Shown: in pieces, positions 63,801-64,000 of the stretch | Layout: every line of letters starts with the position of its first letter | How positions within the stretch are numbered: the stretch's first letter is position 1 | DNA from: Stramenopiles sp. TOSAG23-3 | Lineage: Eukaryota | Reading direction: 5' to 3' | DNA: 64,000 nucleotides | Assembly (NCBI GenBank): GCA_900128585.1 | Contig: LT642147.1 | Span: forward strand, 1 to 64,000 | Notes under the pieces: generated by a model | Database searches by the model: none | Told to the model about the DNA's origin: nothing | What the model saw: the letters and a program-made list of their open reading frames with translations, nothing else | Translations under genes and position numbers: made by a program

Positions 63801-64000
63801 TGTATTTATTATTTTATGATGAGAAGAAAGATGAAAAAAAAGTATTAAAAAATAATTTATTATATTTAAAATTAAGAAGAAGGAAGAAGAAGACCTATTA
63901 TTACTGATATTTACTTTATTTATATTATTCCTCTGTTAAAATTGTTTTCAAATAATAATAATTTTATTCTTACAGTAGTATTAATAGTCCTTCTTGGAAG

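Noticed and set aside
1-64000. Alternative genetic code or stop-codon reassignment
   Set aside because: Conserved genes end normally at TAA, TAG and TGA and show no in-frame stops.

Overview
This window is gene-dense, intron-poor eukaryotic DNA read in the standard genetic code. It is most consistent with a protist, and the stramenopile-like impression is an inference. It holds about 21 protein-coding genes separated by very AT-rich spacers carrying (GAA/TTC)n tracts. Recognisable genes: an RsuA-family pseudouridine synthase, AP-5 zeta, sphingosine-1-phosphate lyase, a BIN4-like topoisomerase VI accessory subunit, meiotic HOP1/HORMAD, a DHHC-like palmitoyltransferase, a Hobbit/BLTP2 lipid bridge, TBCB, NSE2/MMS21, a GST and NTAQ1. 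Four genes are most unusual. (1) A ~4,150-codon, 5-exon type-I membrane protein (46731-59540, minus) has ~22 Cys-rich repeats and a central block of modules resembling tailed-phage virion structural repeats; both copies of an internal ~195-bp duplication are frameshifted at the same point. (2) A [Tudor-HMG]x2-PhyH-type 2OG-Fe(II) dioxygenase fusion. (3) A CEP164-like WW + chromodomain + kinesin-14 fusion of extreme GC content. (4) An HxE-type dioxygenase resembling a virus-associated family. All domain calls come from motif recognition by eye; no searches were run. No rRNA, tRNA, CRISPR array or intact mobile element was seen.
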